From assembly GCA_018304175.1 (NCBI GenBank), contig JAGVWT010000014.1, forward strand, positions 1 to 16,589: DNA of 16,589 bases. Reading direction: 5' to 3'. Below, in pieces: positions 15,556 to 16,589 of this stretch. The notes under the pieces were generated by a model, which ran no database searches, was not told where the DNA came from, and saw nothing but the letters and a program-made list of their open reading frames with translations. Position numbers and translations under genes: made by a program. The DNA is from Candidatus Pacearchaeota archaeon (lineage in GTDB: Archaea > Nanobdellota > Nanobdellia > Pacearchaeales > GW2011-AR1). The first letter of the stretch is position 1, and each line of letters opens with the position of its first letter.

Positions 15556-16209
15556 ATGAGTGAAAAAAGTTTTGCTAATAATTTGAAAAGGTTTTGGGAT
15601 AAATTTTGGTTTTTGGTTTGGAAAGACGACAGTTTTAAAGGGTGGATTTTATCGTTGGTATTCATTTTTATAATTATAAAATTCATTTTCTTTCCAGGAT
15701 TAAGCTTTATAACAAGCACAGAATTACCATTAGCGATTGTTGAATCGTGCAGTATGTACCATAATGGAAATTTGCTCTCAGATTTTGGCGAATGGTTTGA
15801 CGATAATGAAGCAAAGTATTCTGCTTTTGGAATAGAAAAAACAGAGTTTCAAGAGTTTAGGATGAAAAACGGTTTTAACAAAGGAGATATCTTACTGATA
15901 ACCGGCGTGAAACCAGAGAACATTGAAATAGGTGAAATAATAATTTTCAGTTCCGGAAATTCAGGCACGCCGATAATTCACCGCGTTGTTTCTATTGAAA
16001 GGAAAGTTGATGGTCAGGGAAACCTTGGTTTTCTTACCTTTTCAACAATGGGAGACAACAATAATGGGCAACTAAACTCTGAGTTGAGTATTTCTGAAGG
16101 ACAGATAATTGGTAAAGCAATGTTTAAAATTGCTCCTTATCTTGGATGGATAAAACTTGTTTTCTACGAGCCTTTCAAAACTTCGTCTGATATGGGATTT
16201 TGTGAGTGA
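15556..16209 (+). CDS. Signal peptidase I, archaeal/Sec11 type (S26); start re-called at ATG 15556
   Basis: N-terminal TM anchor, catalytic Ser in VESCSMYH, GDIL, catalytic His in PIIHRVV, and TMGDNN. Confidence 0.9.
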   Translation: MSEKSFANNLKRFWDKFWFLVWKDDSFKGWILSLVFIFIIIKFIFFPGLSFITSTELPLAIVESCSMYHNGNLLSDFGEWFDDNEAKYSAFGIEKTEFQEFRMKNGFNKGDILLITGVKPENIEIGEIIIFSSGNSGTPIIHRVVSIERKVDGQGNLGFLTFSTMGDNNNGQLNSELSISEGQIIGKAMFKIAPYLGWIKLVFYEPFKTSSDMGFCE

Positions 16210-16256
16210 GAATTTTCTACCATAAACCTTATAAAATGTATTTTTATGTTTGATTC

Positions 16257-16589
16257 ATGGCACCAACAATAGATGTTAGTAATGAAACTTTGGAACGACT
16301 TGATAAAATGAAAGTTCCATATACTTTGAGAAATGAACAAAGGCAATCTCAAAAGACAGAAGATGCAGACTTTATCAAACTTCCATCAGGAATTTATGTT
16401 GCGAAAGAAAAAACTCTTCATGGCAAGAATTGGTTTGATTCTCATAAAGCACTTCAAAAACAAGGAAACAGGATGTTAATGCCTATAGAATTTGTTGAAT
16501 TTCTTAATCATACAAAAGATAACTTCCCTGAAATTTACAGGGAAATCACAGAAGTTAGAAGCCCTTGGAGAGCAGAATATCTTGACGCT
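16257..16589 (+). CDS. 3'-truncated ORF (111 codons visible), putative C-type-lectin/FGE-fold protein, not in the ORF track
   Basis: CTTATAAA at 16228-16235 lies 21 nt before the ATG. It reads MAPTIDVSNETLERLDKMKVPYTLRNEQRQSQKTEDADFIKLPSGIYVAKEKTLHGKNWFDSHKALQKQGNRMLMPIEFVEFLNHTKDNFPEIYREITEVRSPWRAEYLDA, open to the window end. Confidence 0.75.
   Translation, partial: MAPTIDVSNETLERLDKMKVPYTLRNEQRQSQKTEDADFIKLPSGIYVAKEKTLHGKNWFDSHKALQKQGNRMLMPIEFVEFLNHTKDNFPEIYREITEVRSPWRAEYLDA

Noticed and set aside
1106-16352. Other short overlapping ORFs in the track (1106, 1609, 4260, 5000, 6222, 6475, 8322, 9525, 9648, 15030, 15528, 16164)
   Set aside because: Antisense or out-of-frame overlaps of well-supported genes; the F/L/I/S-rich composition reflects the reverse of A-rich codons.
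1-16589. CRISPR array, rRNA, intein or transposase
   Set aside because: No regularly spaced direct repeats or rRNA-like tracts. PolB and Cdc48 have no intein-sized insertions or C/S...HN junctions, and no transposase motifs were found.

Overview
AT-rich archaeal genomic DNA. The gene set and protein styles suggest a DPANN archaeon, Pacearchaeota/Woesearchaeota-like (inference, no database search run). Housekeeping genes: the end of a HerA-like ATPase, Trm5 tRNA methyltransferase, FEN1, family-B DNA polymerase, a ZIP transporter, a split Nop2/RsmF-type m5C methyltransferase with a cytidylyltransferase between its halves, type II methionine aminopeptidase, Cdc48 and a Sec11-type signal peptidase. 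Small ORFans lie between them. No rRNA, tRNA, CRISPR array, integrase, transposase or reverse transcriptase was seen. Main observations: (1) A GC-rich palindromic element (consensus TCGTAAGGGGAACC-AA-GGTTCCCCTTACGA) occurs twice, once intergenic (~12281-12353) and once inside a ~55-59-codon in-frame insertion in trm5. (2) A Zn-ribbon/AbrB regulator, a zinc-finger microprotein and cdc48 form a probable operon preceded by three GTATA(TA)C palindromes spaced exactly 14 nt apart. (3) An ORF missed by the supplied track runs off the right edge and resembles the C-type-lectin-fold target proteins of DPANN diversity-generating retroelements. (4) Two adjacent genes near 1.3-2.4 kb look frameshifted. 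(5) A stand-alone ParB/Srx-like protein follows polB.
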